Below, in pieces: positions 26,176 to 36,414 of a DNA stretch of 36,438 nucleotides (the stretch's first letter is position 1; the number at the start of each line of letters is the position of its first letter). A program made the translations under genes and the position numbers. The notes below the pieces were generated by a model, which was given only the letters and a program-made list of their open reading frames with translations, was not told the origin of the DNA and ran no database searches. This DNA is from an uncultured Alphaproteobacteria bacterium (lineage in GTDB: Bacteria > Pseudomonadota > Alphaproteobacteria > Rhizobiales > TMED25): NCBI GenBank assembly GCA_938074435.1, contig CALJEH010000065.1, forward strand, positions 1 through 36,438. The letters run 5' to 3'.

Positions 26176-27999
26176 TTATTTACTCCACCAAGTGAGTAAA
26201 TTGACATTGTATGCTGGCAAATTTTCATTAAATCCAAAAATATCCCACCTAGCAATTCTAAGTCCCTCTGAGTAATAATGAGGTATAACATAGTAATTCC
26301 ACTTAAGAACTCTATCTAATGCTTTCGTAGAAGCAATCAAATCTGCTCTAGTCTCAGAGTATATTATTTTATCAATCAGAACATCAACGGCTTCATTTTG
26401 TATACCAATAATATTTCTGCTGCCAGCTGAGGTTGCAGATTCAGATCCCCAATAATCCCTCTGTTCATTCCCTGGAGATAAGCTTTGAGGAAAGGTCGCC
26501 ACAACTAAATCAAAATCAAATTGATCGATTCTCTCCTGATATTGTGCGGTATCAACAAGTCTTATACTTGACTCAATACCAATTGATCTCAGGTTTGTTT
26601 GAAATTGACTGATTATCCTCTCCATATCCGGTTGTGAAATTAAAAACTCAATCACAAAAGGTTGTCCATCTGACTTATTGGTTAATTTTCCATCATTTAT
26701 ATCATAGCCTGCTTCTTTTAGAAGAATTTGTGCTGATTTGAGATTATTTCTAATATTTTGAGTTGTTCCCCCAACAGAGTTTTTGTACTCCTTATTAAAC
26801 ACATCATCTTGAACTAAATTACTAACTTCAAGCAATATTTCATTCTCCCTACCTTCTGGCAAAAAAACAGATTCTAGCTCAGAATTATCAAAGAAACTAT
26901 CAATCCTTTGATATTGATTATAAAACAAATTAGAGTTTAGCCATTCAAAATCAAATGCTAGATTTAATGCTTTTCTTACAGAAATATCCTTAAACTTATC
27001 TCTTCTTAGGTTCATGGCAAAAGCCTGCATCCCTTGAACATTACTTAGTTTAAATACTTCAAGTTTGACATCACCATCGTCCTTTGCAGTAAAATCATAC
27101 CCCGTAGCCCATCTTTTTGAGGAATTTTCGAATACAATATCTATTTCACTTGCTTTAAATGCCTCAAGCTGAACTTGTCTATCTCTAAAATACTCAAAAA
27201 CCAGCTCATCAAAGTTATGAAACCCCTTATTGACTGACAAATCTTTACCCCAATAATCTGTTACTCTTTGATATACAACGTTTTTATTAACATTTACTTC
27301 TTTAAACTTATATGCGCCTGAACCTAGTGGAAAATCTAGCGTAGTATCTCCAAACAAACGTCCATCACTCTCCCAATAGTGTTTAGGTAGGATTGGGAAT
27401 TGACCCGTAATTAATGGCAGCTCCCTATTTCCTGATATGTCAAAATTAAATCTTATTATTTTGTCTGATAAAACATCAATATCGACAACATTATTGTAAT
27501 AATACTTGTAATTTGGATTTATTTCTTTGAGTGTTTCAAGTGACCATTTAACATCTTGTGCGGTTATTCTCTGCCCATCATGCCATCTAGCATCATCTCT
27601 AATTTTAAATATCACGTATGAATAATCTTCAGGATGATATACGCCTTCAGCCAACAACCCATAATAAGAGAATGGCTCGTCATCAGAATTTTTTAATAGA
27701 CTATCGTATATGTAATAGCTACTCCCAATCGCTGGAACTCCCTTCATATTGAATGGGTTTAAGGTATCGAAAGAACCTATGGCTGCTTGAACAAGAGTCC
27801 CCCTTTTTGGTGCTTCAGGATTTACATAATCAAAATATTGAAAATCTTCACTGTATTTAAGATCATCGCCAAGTGTTAAACCATACATCCAACTTATATT
27901 TTCAGTCGTGATATGCTGGGAACTGTCGTCTGCATTTGCATATACAGATTGAGTTAGGAATGTAATTAAAAATGCTAAAATATTTAGTTTTTTAAACAT
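26176..27999 (-). CDS. yejA: Peptide ABC transporter substrate-binding protein YejA
   Basis: FDYVNPEAPKRG, FDTLNPF, LAFDFEWLN, SLSPGNEQRDYW, ALDRVL. Confidence 0.92.
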   Translation of the reverse strand: MFKKLNILAFLITFLTQSVYANADDSSQHITTENISWMYGLTLGDDLKYSEDFQYFDYVNPEAPKRGTLVQAAIGSFDTLNPFNMKGVPAIGSSYYIYDSLLKNSDDEPFSYYGLLAEGVYHPEDYSYVIFKIRDDARWHDGQRITAQDVKWSLETLKEINPNYKYYYNNVVDIDVLSDKIIRFNFDISGNRELPLITGQFPILPKHYWESDGRLFGDTTLDFPLGSGAYKFKEVNVNKNVVYQRVTDYWGKDLSVNKGFHNFDELVFEYFRDRQVQLEAFKASEIDIVFENSSKRWATGYDFTAKDDGDVKLEVFKLSNVQGMQAFAMNLRRDKFKDISVRKALNLAFDFEWLNSNLFYNQYQRIDSFFDNSELESVFLPEGRENEILLEVSNLVQDDVFNKEYKNSVGGTTQNIRNNLKSAQILLKEAGYDINDGKLTNKSDGQPFVIEFLISQPDMERIISQFQTNLRSIGIESSIRLVDTAQYQERIDQFDFDLVVATFPQSLSPGNEQRDYWGSESATSAGSRNIIGIQNEAVDVLIDKIIYSETRADLIASTKALDRVLKWNYYVIPHYYSEGLRIARWDIFGFNENLPAYNVNLLTWWSK

Positions 28000-28049
28000 A
28001 GGATAAATATAATTTATTATATTTCTAATGTCTAATTTAAAAGAATGTA

Positions 28050-28595
28050 TTATTCAATCTTAGATGTTGAGTCGGGAGATATATTATGAAGATAAGCAAT
28101 TAAATCGGCTCTATCTTCAGGTTTTCTAATACCTGCATAACCCATGATAGTTCCAGGTAACCATTTTTTTGGATTTTCAAGAAAATGAAATAAATTATCA
28201 AATGTCCAAGCCTCACTATTTGAACCTTTTTCAGCTAGAGCGCCTGAATAAGCAAATCCATCCACACTAGCCATTTGACGATCAACAATATTATAGAGAT
28301 TTGGTCCAATTTTGTTTGGAGCTCCTGCTTCATAATTATGGCATGAAACGCATTTTTTTGCTACTTTTTCTCCATTTTCAGCGCTTGCAAGAACAAGTAG
28401 TTCCATAACGTTTATCTCAACGATCTCAACTTCATCCATTAGTTGTTCAGCCTCAACTGGAACATCTACTATATATGCCTGTTGCTCAAGCTCATCCTCG
28501 TGATAGAAAAAATCTGCAACAATAGTTAGAACAAGAATAAATAAAGCAGTACCAAGTAAAGCTCCAACTATTTTATTTATTTCAAAACTATCCAT
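28050..28595 (-). CDS. cycM: Membrane-anchored cytochrome c (CycM/c552 type)
   Basis: MDSFEINKIVGALL anchor, CVSCH heme motif, GPNL, PGTIM axial Met; start ATG 28595. Confidence 0.9.
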   Translation of the reverse strand: MDSFEINKIVGALLGTALFILVLTIVADFFYHEDELEQQAYIVDVPVEAEQLMDEVEIVEINVMELLVLASAENGEKVAKKCVSCHNYEAGAPNKIGPNLYNIVDRQMASVDGFAYSGALAEKGSNSEAWTFDNLFHFLENPKKWLPGTIMGYAGIRKPEDRADLIAYLHNISPDSTSKIE

Positions 28596-28724
28596 ATGAG
28601 TGCATCCAAATTCAATATTTTTATATATTAAATGGTTCTTTAAAACCACAAAAAAATTTACTAATATTCAATAATATTGATATTTAATATCATAAATTTT
28701 GTTAATGAATATAAATCAATTAAA

Positions 28725-29456
28725 ATGAACGATACGATTATTATTATACCTGCAAGAATTGGTTCTTCAAGACTACCAAGAAAACCCTTATTAAAAATTA
28801 ATGGAAGGGAGATGATACTTCATGTATGGGATAAAGCGAAAAAAACGAAGGCTGACAGAGTTGTGGTTGCAACAGACTCTCCAGAGATAGCAGAGGTTAT
28901 TAGCAAAGAGGGTGGCCAAGCAATTATTACAAGTACTACCCATCAAAGCGGCACTGATAGAATTTATGAGGCTCTTTATAAACTAGATAATGAAAAAAAA
29001 TACAAATATATAATAAACCTACAGGGCGATCTTCCTAACATCACATACAATATAATTAATCTTGGCATAGATAAAATTAGAAATACAAATGCTGATATCT
29101 TGACTTATTACAGAGAAATTGACGATAGAAATGAGGTTAACAATCCTAATATTGTTAAAATAGCAACACATAGAGATAAAAACAATGAACTGAATGCCCT
29201 CTACTTTTCACGGGCAGCCATTCCCTACGACGCTAATGTATTTTTTGAACACATTGGTATATATATTTATAAACGAAATGCATTAGATCAATTTGTGTCT
29301 ATGGATCCATCAACACTTGAAACTACAGAGAAATTGGAACAACTAAGGGCCTTGGAGGGATCAATGAAAATTAATCTACTTTTAGTAAAAGATAAAATCA
29401 TTAGCATTGATACAATAGATGATGTAGAAAGATTAAGTAATATTTCTGATAATTAG
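28725..29456 (+). CDS. kdsB: 3-deoxy-manno-octulosonate cytidylyltransferase
   Basis: IIPARIGSSRLPRKPL, SGTDRI, NLQGD, LEQLRAL; ATG 28725. Confidence 0.96.
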   Translation: MNDTIIIIPARIGSSRLPRKPLLKINGREMILHVWDKAKKTKADRVVVATDSPEIAEVISKEGGQAIITSTTHQSGTDRIYEALYKLDNEKKYKYIINLQGDLPNITYNIINLGIDKIRNTNADILTYYREIDDRNEVNNPNIVKIATHRDKNNELNALYFSRAAIPYDANVFFEHIGIYIYKRNALDQFVSMDPSTLETTEKLEQLRALEGSMKINLLLVKDKIISIDTIDDVERLSNISDN

Positions 29457-29465
29457 GTATAAATA

Positions 29466-30329
29466 ATGAATAAAAAAATTGTTTTCCAAGGAGAGATGGG
29501 AGCGTATTCTCATATTGCTTGTCAAAAAAAATACCCTGATATGGAACCTATCCCAGCCGCAACTTTTGAGGATGCCTTTGCGAAAGTAAAAAATAAAGAA
29601 GTTAAGTATGCTATGATTCCAATCGAAAATTCTCTTGCTGGAAGAGTAGCAGATATCCATTATCTATTACCAACTTCAGATCTCTATATTGTTGATGAAT
29701 TTTTTCTTCCAATAGAACATCAATTAATTGTTGTTGATGGTGCTTCTGAAAAAACAATAAAAAATGTGATGAGCCATCGTCATGCATTAGGTCAATGCAG
29801 AGATATTATTTCAAAATTAAAACTTGATAAAATAGTTGCTGCAGATACTGCAGGTTCCGCAAAGATAATATCTGAAAACAATGATATAACCACTGCTGTA
29901 TTAGCAAGTGAACTTGCTGCAGATTTCTATGGATTAAAAATTTTAAAAAGGAATGTTGAAGACGCAAATCATAATACTACAAGATTTATAATATTATCAG
30001 CTGAACCTGATGACGCAGAACCAAATAAAAAACCTACAATTACTAGTATGGTATTTAGAGTTAGGAACGTTCCTGCAGCACTTTATAAAGCTATGGGTGG
30101 TTTTGCTACAAATAGTGTAAACTTAACAAAACTAGAGTCATATATTATTGGGGGTAGCTTTTCTGCAGCGCAGTTCTATGTTGATATTGAAGGACATCCC
30201 CACGATGAAAACGTAAGATTGGCCCTAGAAGAATTAGACTTCTTTTCAAGTGAATTAAGAATTCTTGGCGTTTATTATGCAAGTGATATGAGAAAAAAAA
30301 TAAACAACCAAGAAAACTTTCTAAAATAG
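29466..30329 (+). CDS. pheA: Prephenate dehydratase
   Basis: FQGEMGAYS, PIENS, NTTRF, ACT domain NLTKLES. Confidence 0.96.
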   Translation: MNKKIVFQGEMGAYSHIACQKKYPDMEPIPAATFEDAFAKVKNKEVKYAMIPIENSLAGRVADIHYLLPTSDLYIVDEFFLPIEHQLIVVDGASEKTIKNVMSHRHALGQCRDIISKLKLDKIVAADTAGSAKIISENNDITTAVLASELAADFYGLKILKRNVEDANHNTTRFIILSAEPDDAEPNKKPTITSMVFRVRNVPAALYKAMGGFATNSVNLTKLESYIIGGSFSAAQFYVDIEGHPHDENVRLALEELDFFSSELRILGVYYASDMRKKINNQENFLK

Positions 30330-30384
30330 AAGCAGATAAGACAAGTATAAACAACAAGTATTAGTACCAATATCAAAATTCATT

Positions 30385-30393
30385 TGTTATACT
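30385..30393 (+). promoter_or_regulatory. Extended -10 promoter of SRP RNA
   Basis: TG-T-TATACT ending 7 nt before the RNA 5' end. Confidence 0.55.
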
Positions 30394-30400
30394 TAATACC

Positions 30401-30495
30401 GAGAAGTTAGTATTGGACGTAATTGTCGCCAATCGGGTCAGGTCTGGAAGGAAGCAGCCCCAACGATTTTCTTACGGGTCAACAACTGACTTCTC
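30401..30495 (+). ncRNA. ffs: Signal recognition particle 4.5S RNA
   Basis: Domain IV motif TCAGGTCTGGAAGGAAGCAGC; ends pair (GAGAAGTTAG / CTGACTTCTC); usual position upstream of dnaX. Confidence 0.95.
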
Positions 30496-30507
30496 ACTTT
30501 ATTTTCA

Positions 30508-32076
30508 TTGAATACTGAGAAGAGTAAGTTGCCTAACACAGACTATAAAATTCTTGCAAGGAAATATAGGCCAAGTTCTTTTGCTGAACTTATTGGTCAA
30601 GATAGCATGGTTAGCACCATTTCAAACTCAATCCAATCAGGTAGAATCCATCATGCCTACCTATTCACGGGAATTAGGGGCATTGGTAAAACTACTACAG
30701 CTCGTATTCTGGCACGAACACTAAATTATACCTTGAATAGCAATGAATACACGCCTTCAATTCATTTAGATAAGATTGGATTGAACTGTGAGGCAATCAT
30801 AGAGTCTCGCCATCCTGATGTTTTTGAAATGGATGCAGCCTCAAATACCGGCATAGATCATGTACGTGAGATTATAAATTTCGCTCAAACAAAACCAACA
30901 ATGGCAAAGTATAAGATATTTATAATTGATGAAGTTCATATGTTATCAAAACAGGCATTTAATGGCTTATTGAAAATATTAGAAGAACCCCCCCAACATG
31001 TTATCTTTATATTTGCAACTACTGAAATTGAAAAAATCCCCATTACAATTTTATCAAGATGTCAAAAATTTAATTTAAAAAGAATTAATACTCCTATTAT
31101 GAGCGATTATCTCAGAGTTATTAGTGAAAAAGAGTCGATAAATATAGATAATGACAGTATCAATATCATTTGCGCATCTTCTGAAGGTTCAATGAGGGAT
31201 GCCCTATCCATTCTTGATCAAGCATCATCACTCTGTGATGGTAATATAACATCTGAGATGTTATATGAAATGCTCAACCTTAATGATGTTAATTTTGTAA
31301 TTAGCTTATTCGGGAAACTTATTGAGAGCAAATCAACTGAAATAACAGAGAAAATAAAACAAATATATGAAAATGGTTTTGAGCCCTTATCATTGGTAAG
31401 AGATTTATCAAAAATCACTCATATTGCTTCAATGATCAAACTCGGCATTTCAACACAAAGTGATGTTTTGTCCAGCGAACAACATTTAGAAATTAAATCA
31501 ATAATTAGTGATGTTGATATTTCAACACTCGTACACATGTGGCAAATATTGTTGAAAGGAAACACAGAAATAAAAAATTCCTTCGATCAAAGCATTTCAC
31601 TTGAAATGCTTTTGATAAAATTATGTTATTCAAATCAATTACCTCCTATAGAGGACATTATATCAAAAATTGAAAACAGAATGAGTGATAATGAAACTGA
31701 TGATAATGTGATTAAGTCAGAAACAAAAAAAAACAGCGAACTCACAGAGAATCCAATAGAGGAACTTATCATTCCTGAGTCTTATGAAGATATGAAATCA
31801 TTATTAATTGAAAATGACATGAGATTGATAACAGATATAGATAAGTTTGAAGTTATTGAATATAGGATTGGTCAAATAGATTTAACCTCAAATGATGAGA
31901 TTAACGAAGACATTATCAATTTATTACAAACAACACTTCAAAACCTTACAAATATCAAATGGGACATAAACTTTATTGGGAAGACCTCCCAAATAAATGG
32001 AGAAAGCTTAACTATAGAAAATATAAAAAAGCACTTTCCTGATGCTAAAATAATAAGTGAAGAAGATAATATTTAG
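30508..32076 (+). CDS. dnaX: DNA polymerase III subunit gamma/tau
   Basis: LARKYRP, GIRGIGKTT, DAASNTG, IDEVHMLS, SRCQ; TTG start. Confidence 0.97.
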   Translation: MNTEKSKLPNTDYKILARKYRPSSFAELIGQDSMVSTISNSIQSGRIHHAYLFTGIRGIGKTTTARILARTLNYTLNSNEYTPSIHLDKIGLNCEAIIESRHPDVFEMDAASNTGIDHVREIINFAQTKPTMAKYKIFIIDEVHMLSKQAFNGLLKILEEPPQHVIFIFATTEIEKIPITILSRCQKFNLKRINTPIMSDYLRVISEKESINIDNDSINIICASSEGSMRDALSILDQASSLCDGNITSEMLYEMLNLNDVNFVISLFGKLIESKSTEITEKIKQIYENGFEPLSLVRDLSKITHIASMIKLGISTQSDVLSSEQHLEIKSIISDVDISTLVHMWQILLKGNTEIKNSFDQSISLEMLLIKLCYSNQLPPIEDIISKIENRMSDNETDDNVIKSETKKNSELTENPIEELIIPESYEDMKSLLIENDMRLITDIDKFEVIEYRIGQIDLTSNDEINEDIINLLQTTLQNLTNIKWDINFIGKTSQINGESLTIENIKKHFPDAKIISEEDNI

Positions 32077-32088
32077 AAAGGATTAATA

Positions 32089-32409
32089 ATGGATTTTTCT
32101 GAAATTATGAAACAAGCAAATAAATTACAGGATAAAATGAAATCCGCGAAAGAAAATATTGAAAATATAGAATGTGAAGGTTCTTCGGGTGGTGGTCTTG
32201 TTAAAGTTATAGTCAATGGTAATGGAGAGCTAAAAAAAATTGACATTGATCCTAGTATTTTAGTTGCAAGTGAAAAAGAAATAGTTGAGGATCTCATAAT
32301 CGCAGCATTCAGTGATGCAAAAACAAAAATCAATTATGAGGTAGCAAAAAAAATGAAAGAAATAACTGGGGGGCTACCCCTTCCTCCTGGCTTCAATCTT
32401 GGTTTCTAA
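32089..32409 (+). CDS. ybaB: Nucleoid-associated protein YbaB/EbfC
   Basis: GSSGGGLVKV, EDLIIAAFSDA, GGLPLPPG; between dnaX and recR. Confidence 0.95.
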   Translation: MDFSEIMKQANKLQDKMKSAKENIENIECEGSSGGGLVKVIVNGNGELKKIDIDPSILVASEKEIVEDLIIAAFSDAKTKINYEVAKKMKEITGGLPLPPGFNLGF

Positions 32410-32412
32410 ATA

Positions 32413-33018
32413 ATGTCTTCTAAAGAAATTAACGAGATAGATAATTTTATTCGTTTATTATCAAAACTACCTGGACTTGGTCCCAGATCTGGGAGGAGAG
32501 CTGCACTTGAGCTGATCAAAAGAAAAGAACAACTTCTTTTACCATTGAAAGATTCACTCATTGAGATTTATGAAAAAATAGTGCTTTGCCAAGTCTGTAA
32601 TAATATCGATCTGAAGTCTCCATGCTCGATATGCAGCAATCTAAATCGTAATGATAAGATTCTATGTGTTGTTGAAGAAGTAGCTGATTTGTGGGCAATT
32701 GAGAGAGCAGGAGCGATAAAAGGTTACTATCATATTCTAGGAGGTGTGCTTAATGCACTGGATGGAATAGGCCCTGAAGAGCTAAATATAAATAAATTAG
32801 CACATAGAATTGAAAATAATAATATTGAGGAAGTTATACTTGCGCTTAGTGCAACTATCGATGGTCAAACTACAATGCATTTTTTGAGTGATCTATTGAG
32901 TAAGTATAATATTAGAATTACAAAATTAGCACATGGTATTCCAATTGGTGGAGAACTTGATTATTTAGATGATGGAACACTCACACAAGCAATTTTATCT
33001 AGAACGGATGCTGACTAA
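32413..33018 (+). CDS. recR: Recombination mediator RecR
   Basis: LPGLGPRS, C4 zinc finger, Toprim CVVEE, GIPIGGELDYLD. Confidence 0.97.
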   Translation: MSSKEINEIDNFIRLLSKLPGLGPRSGRRAALELIKRKEQLLLPLKDSLIEIYEKIVLCQVCNNIDLKSPCSICSNLNRNDKILCVVEEVADLWAIERAGAIKGYYHILGGVLNALDGIGPEELNINKLAHRIENNNIEEVILALSATIDGQTTMHFLSDLLSKYNIRITKLAHGIPIGGELDYLDDGTLTQAILSRTDAD

Positions 33019-34103
33019 TCTTTAGTTTTATCTTTATTGATTAAATTTTGATCGTTTGGTGCTTCTTCAATCAGATCAATTTTACGTCCGCTTGTTGCAA
33101 TTTTTTTTGATGAAACGATTATCTTTTCAATATCGTTATTGGCTAGATTAAAATGTTTTTGTAGGTCTTGTACCCTGTTAGTTAATCTGTCTACATCAAG
33201 TAAGATATTACCAACCTCACTTTTTATAATACCTAATTGCTTTTGCATTTGGGCATCACGTATTAATGTTTGAAGAGTTTGCACTGTTAACATTAGTGAA
33301 TTGGGAGAAACAATTGTGATTCCAGTCCTATATGCTTTTTGAATAATATCTCCAAAATTTTCATATAAATCCGCATAAATCGACTCAGATGGAATAAACA
33401 TAACCAATGGCTCTCTTACCTCTCCTGGAACTTTATATTTTTCAGCTATATCACTAACATGCCTCAAAACATCTATTTTTATCCTTGAACTAGCTTTTTT
33501 TATTTCTTCTGATGATTTTGCAGATCTCAGTTGATCAAAACTTTCTAGAGGAAATTTTGAATCAATTGCTATAACCTCATTTGAGTTTGGCATCCTAATT
33601 ATGCAATCAGGTCTTTTCCCATTTGTTAAAGTATGTTGAAATGAGAAGAGATTATTTGGCAATGCGTCCGCAATTATTGACTCCATTCTGCCCTGACCAA
33701 AGGCCCCTCTTTGTTGCTTATTAGATAAAATCCCTTGTAAATCAATTACATTATTTGATAAGTCAGTAATATTTTTTTGAGCATTATCAATGACTGCGAG
33801 TCTTTCAGATAATTTAGTCAAATCTGCGTGTGTTTTCTCACGACTTTCTTTTAATTCTTCTTGTACCTTCTGATTAATCTTATCTTTTACCTCATCTATG
33901 GAATTTCTTAATCTATCATGATTTCCATTAAATAAGTCCGCTAAAGATTTAATTTTCAAATCTAATTCATTATTTTGTTTCAACAACTGTGTAATTTCAT
34001 TAACTGAGACTCTGCTATTTTTTTTACTTTGAATCAGCAGTAAAAATATTAAAATTGTTGAAATTGCTAATATAATTAGAATTATTAATATGGTATCAGG
34101 CAT
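33015..34103 (-). CDS. rmuC: DNA recombination protein RmuC
   Basis: N-terminal TM, coiled coil, RGAFGQ, RPDC, IDSKFP, MFIPSE. Confidence 0.93.
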   Translation of the reverse strand: MPDTILIILIILAISTILIFLLLIQSKKNSRVSVNEITQLLKQNNELDLKIKSLADLFNGNHDRLRNSIDEVKDKINQKVQEELKESREKTHADLTKLSERLAVIDNAQKNITDLSNNVIDLQGILSNKQQRGAFGQGRMESIIADALPNNLFSFQHTLTNGKRPDCIIRMPNSNEVIAIDSKFPLESFDQLRSAKSSEEIKKASSRIKIDVLRHVSDIAEKYKVPGEVREPLVMFIPSESIYADLYENFGDIIQKAYRTGITIVSPNSLMLTVQTLQTLIRDAQMQKQLGIIKSEVGNILLDVDRLTNRVQDLQKHFNLANNDIEKIIVSSKKIATSGRKIDLIEEAPNDQNLINKDKTKD

Positions 34104-34180
34104 TTTTTCTTAATTTGTAGATTGTACTATTTATTTTAATATGTTTTCAATTAAAATACTAATTTAATATAGAGTAATTT

Positions 34181-34693
34181 ATGATCCATCAAATTCTTAC
34201 AATTCCTAATAAAATACTTCGAGAGAGATCTGAAGAAGTTACAAATATAGATAGAAATATTATTAAAACTCTTGATGATATGGCAGAAACCATGTACGCA
34301 GCCCCAGGTATAGGACTTGCTGCAATTCAGGTAGGTATAAAAAAAAGACTGGTTGTGATTGATTGTGACTACAATCAAGAAACGAAAAAAAACCCCCATT
34401 ATTTTATTAACCCAGAAATTATTTGGAGATCTGAAGAAAAAAGCTCCTATAAAGAAGGATGCCTGTCTATTCCAGAATATTATGAGGAGATAGAAAGACC
34501 ATCTAAATGTAAAGTAAGGTTTTTAGACAAAAAAGGCACAACCAAAGAACTTGAATGTGAAGGAATTCTTGCAACATGTATACAACATGAAATAGATCAC
34601 CTAGATGGTAAATTATTCATAGATTATCTATCAAGGCTCAAAAAGTCTTCAATAGAAAAAAAATTTAAGAAAATAAATAACCGAAAAAATTAA
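34181..34693 (+). CDS. def: Peptide deformylase
   Basis: GIGLAAIQ, EGCLS, QHEIDHLDG. Confidence 0.98.
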   Translation: MIHQILTIPNKILRERSEEVTNIDRNIIKTLDDMAETMYAAPGIGLAAIQVGIKKRLVVIDCDYNQETKKNPHYFINPEIIWRSEEKSSYKEGCLSIPEYYEEIERPSKCKVRFLDKKGTTKELECEGILATCIQHEIDHLDGKLFIDYLSRLKKSSIEKKFKKINNRKN

Positions 34694-34703
34694 AGTTTTT
34701 ACA

Positions 34704-35633
34704 ATGCGATTAGTTTATATGAGTTCGTCTGAATTTGGAGTTCCAGCTCTTAAGAGTCTTCTTTCCTCCCATCATGAAATTGCTGCAGTGTATACTCAGC
34801 CTCCAAAAAGATCAGGGCGTGGAATGAAATTCACTAAATCTCCAATTTACAAGATTGCAGAAGAGCATGAATTATTAATCAAAACCCCATACAATTTTAC
34901 AGATGAAGATGAAATTAGATCACTGAGCCAATTAAGCCCTGATATAGGGGTTGTTGTATCATATGGATTAATTATCCCTAAAAAGTTTCTATCTATTCCA
35001 AGATATGGTTTTCTCAATATTCACCCTTCACTTCTACCCCGGTGGAGAGGTGCAGCACCAATCCAAAGAGCCCTAATTGAAGGAGATAAGGTCACTGGAG
35101 TTAATATTATTAGGTTAGATGAAGGTCTTGATACAGGCGATATTTGCAAATATATCGAAACACCAATAAATATGGATGATAATTACGCCACACTTGCGGC
35201 AAGATTATCTGAAATTGGAGCGCAACTTCTTATAGATTCTCTAACAGAATTATCAAATGGAAGTATTAAATTTGTAAGGCAAAAAGAAAAAGGCATCACA
35301 TATGCAAAAAAAATCTTCAAAGAGGAAACTAAAATCAACTTTAATAAACCATGCAGGAATGTTTTGAATTTAATAAAAGGGCTTAGCCCATATCCTGGTG
35401 GGTGGTTTAGCTATATAGATGGAGAGAATAGTTTTAGAGTAAGAATTCTCGATGCGAGTGAAAATAACTTGTCTGGTTCACCTGGTGAAATATTGGATAG
35501 TAATCTAACGATTGCCTGCTCTGACAAATCAATTACCCCTATACTAGTTCAGAAGGAAGGCAAGAATCCAATCCAAATTGGAGAATTTCTACGTGGGACC
35601 AAAATTATTAAGGGAAGCATACTCAATCAATAG
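34704..35633 (+). CDS. fmt: Methionyl-tRNA formyltransferase
   Basis: NIHPSLLPRWRGAAPIQRA, GLDTGD; follows def. Confidence 0.97.
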   Translation: MRLVYMSSSEFGVPALKSLLSSHHEIAAVYTQPPKRSGRGMKFTKSPIYKIAEEHELLIKTPYNFTDEDEIRSLSQLSPDIGVVVSYGLIIPKKFLSIPRYGFLNIHPSLLPRWRGAAPIQRALIEGDKVTGVNIIRLDEGLDTGDICKYIETPINMDDNYATLAARLSEIGAQLLIDSLTELSNGSIKFVRQKEKGITYAKKIFKEETKINFNKPCRNVLNLIKGLSPYPGGWFSYIDGENSFRVRILDASENNLSGSPGEILDSNLTIACSDKSITPILVQKEGKNPIQIGEFLRGTKIIKGSILNQ

Positions 35634-35648
35634 CAACAATGACCATAA

Positions 35649-36392
35649 ATGAGATATAAACTACACATCGAGTATGATGGGACAAACTATTCCGGCTGGC
35701 AAAGACAGGAAAACTCATCATCAATTCAAGCTAACATTGAGCAAGCAATAGAAAAATTTTGTGGTATGAAAGTAACTGTAAATGGTGCCGGAAGAACTGA
35801 CTCTGGTGTACACGCTTCGGGACAAATAGCTCACTTCGACTTGGACGAGGAGAAAGATCTGAATACGATAATCCATGCTATAAATTTCTACCTAAAGTAT
35901 GAGAAAATTAGTATTTTAAATGTTGAAAAAGTTCCAGATAATTTTGATGCTAGATTCTCAGCAATAATGAGGTATTACAGATATAAAATTATAAATCGAC
36001 AAAGCCCTCTTACTTTCCATAGTAATACTCATGCACACATAAACCAAAGATTAGATATTTCATTAATGCAACAGGCTGCAGATTATTTTATTGGTAAGCA
36101 TGATTTTACTACATTTAGATCTGCAAGCTGCCAGTCTAAATCACCAGTCAAATCTATTGAAAATATTATAGTTAGTAAGGAAAAAGAAAAGATCTATGTT
36201 GATTTTATAGCCAAATCTTTTTTACATACTCAAGTAAGATCAATTATGGGCTGCATTATCAAAGTCGGAATGGGATCGTGGAATCTATCAATGATTCCTG
36301 AAATTATTGAAGCAAAAGACCGAACAAAATGTGCAATGCTTGCTCCATCTTGTGGTTTATATCTAAGAAAAATTGATTATGGTTCTATTTAA
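35649..36392 (+). CDS. truA: tRNA pseudouridine(38-40) synthase
   Basis: EYDGTNYSGWQ, GRTDSGVHA, HDFTTFR, FLHTQVR. Confidence 0.97.
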   Translation: MRYKLHIEYDGTNYSGWQRQENSSSIQANIEQAIEKFCGMKVTVNGAGRTDSGVHASGQIAHFDLDEEKDLNTIIHAINFYLKYEKISILNVEKVPDNFDARFSAIMRYYRYKIINRQSPLTFHSNTHAHINQRLDISLMQQAADYFIGKHDFTTFRSASCQSKSPVKSIENIIVSKEKEKIYVDFIAKSFLHTQVRSIMGCIIKVGMGSWNLSMIPEIIEAKDRTKCAMLAPSCGLYLRKIDYGSI

Positions 36393-36414
36393 ATAGTTAA
36401 GCAAATAGTTAAGC
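36391..36414. repeat. Exact 12-bp tandem duplication
   Basis: AAATAGTTAAGC twice, starting within the truA stop codon. Confidence 0.8.

Noticed and set aside
32025-32031. A AAA AAG heptamer in dnaX
   Set aside because: Only about 15 codons from the stop, so it cannot produce a gamma-sized product.
949-34399. Other short overlapping ORFs (e.g. 949-1137, 1411-1716, 5282-5554, 6534-6851, 18151-18519, 20720-21202, 32073-32333, 34151-34399)
   Set aside because: All overlap confidently identified genes on the opposite strand or in another frame and lack motifs.
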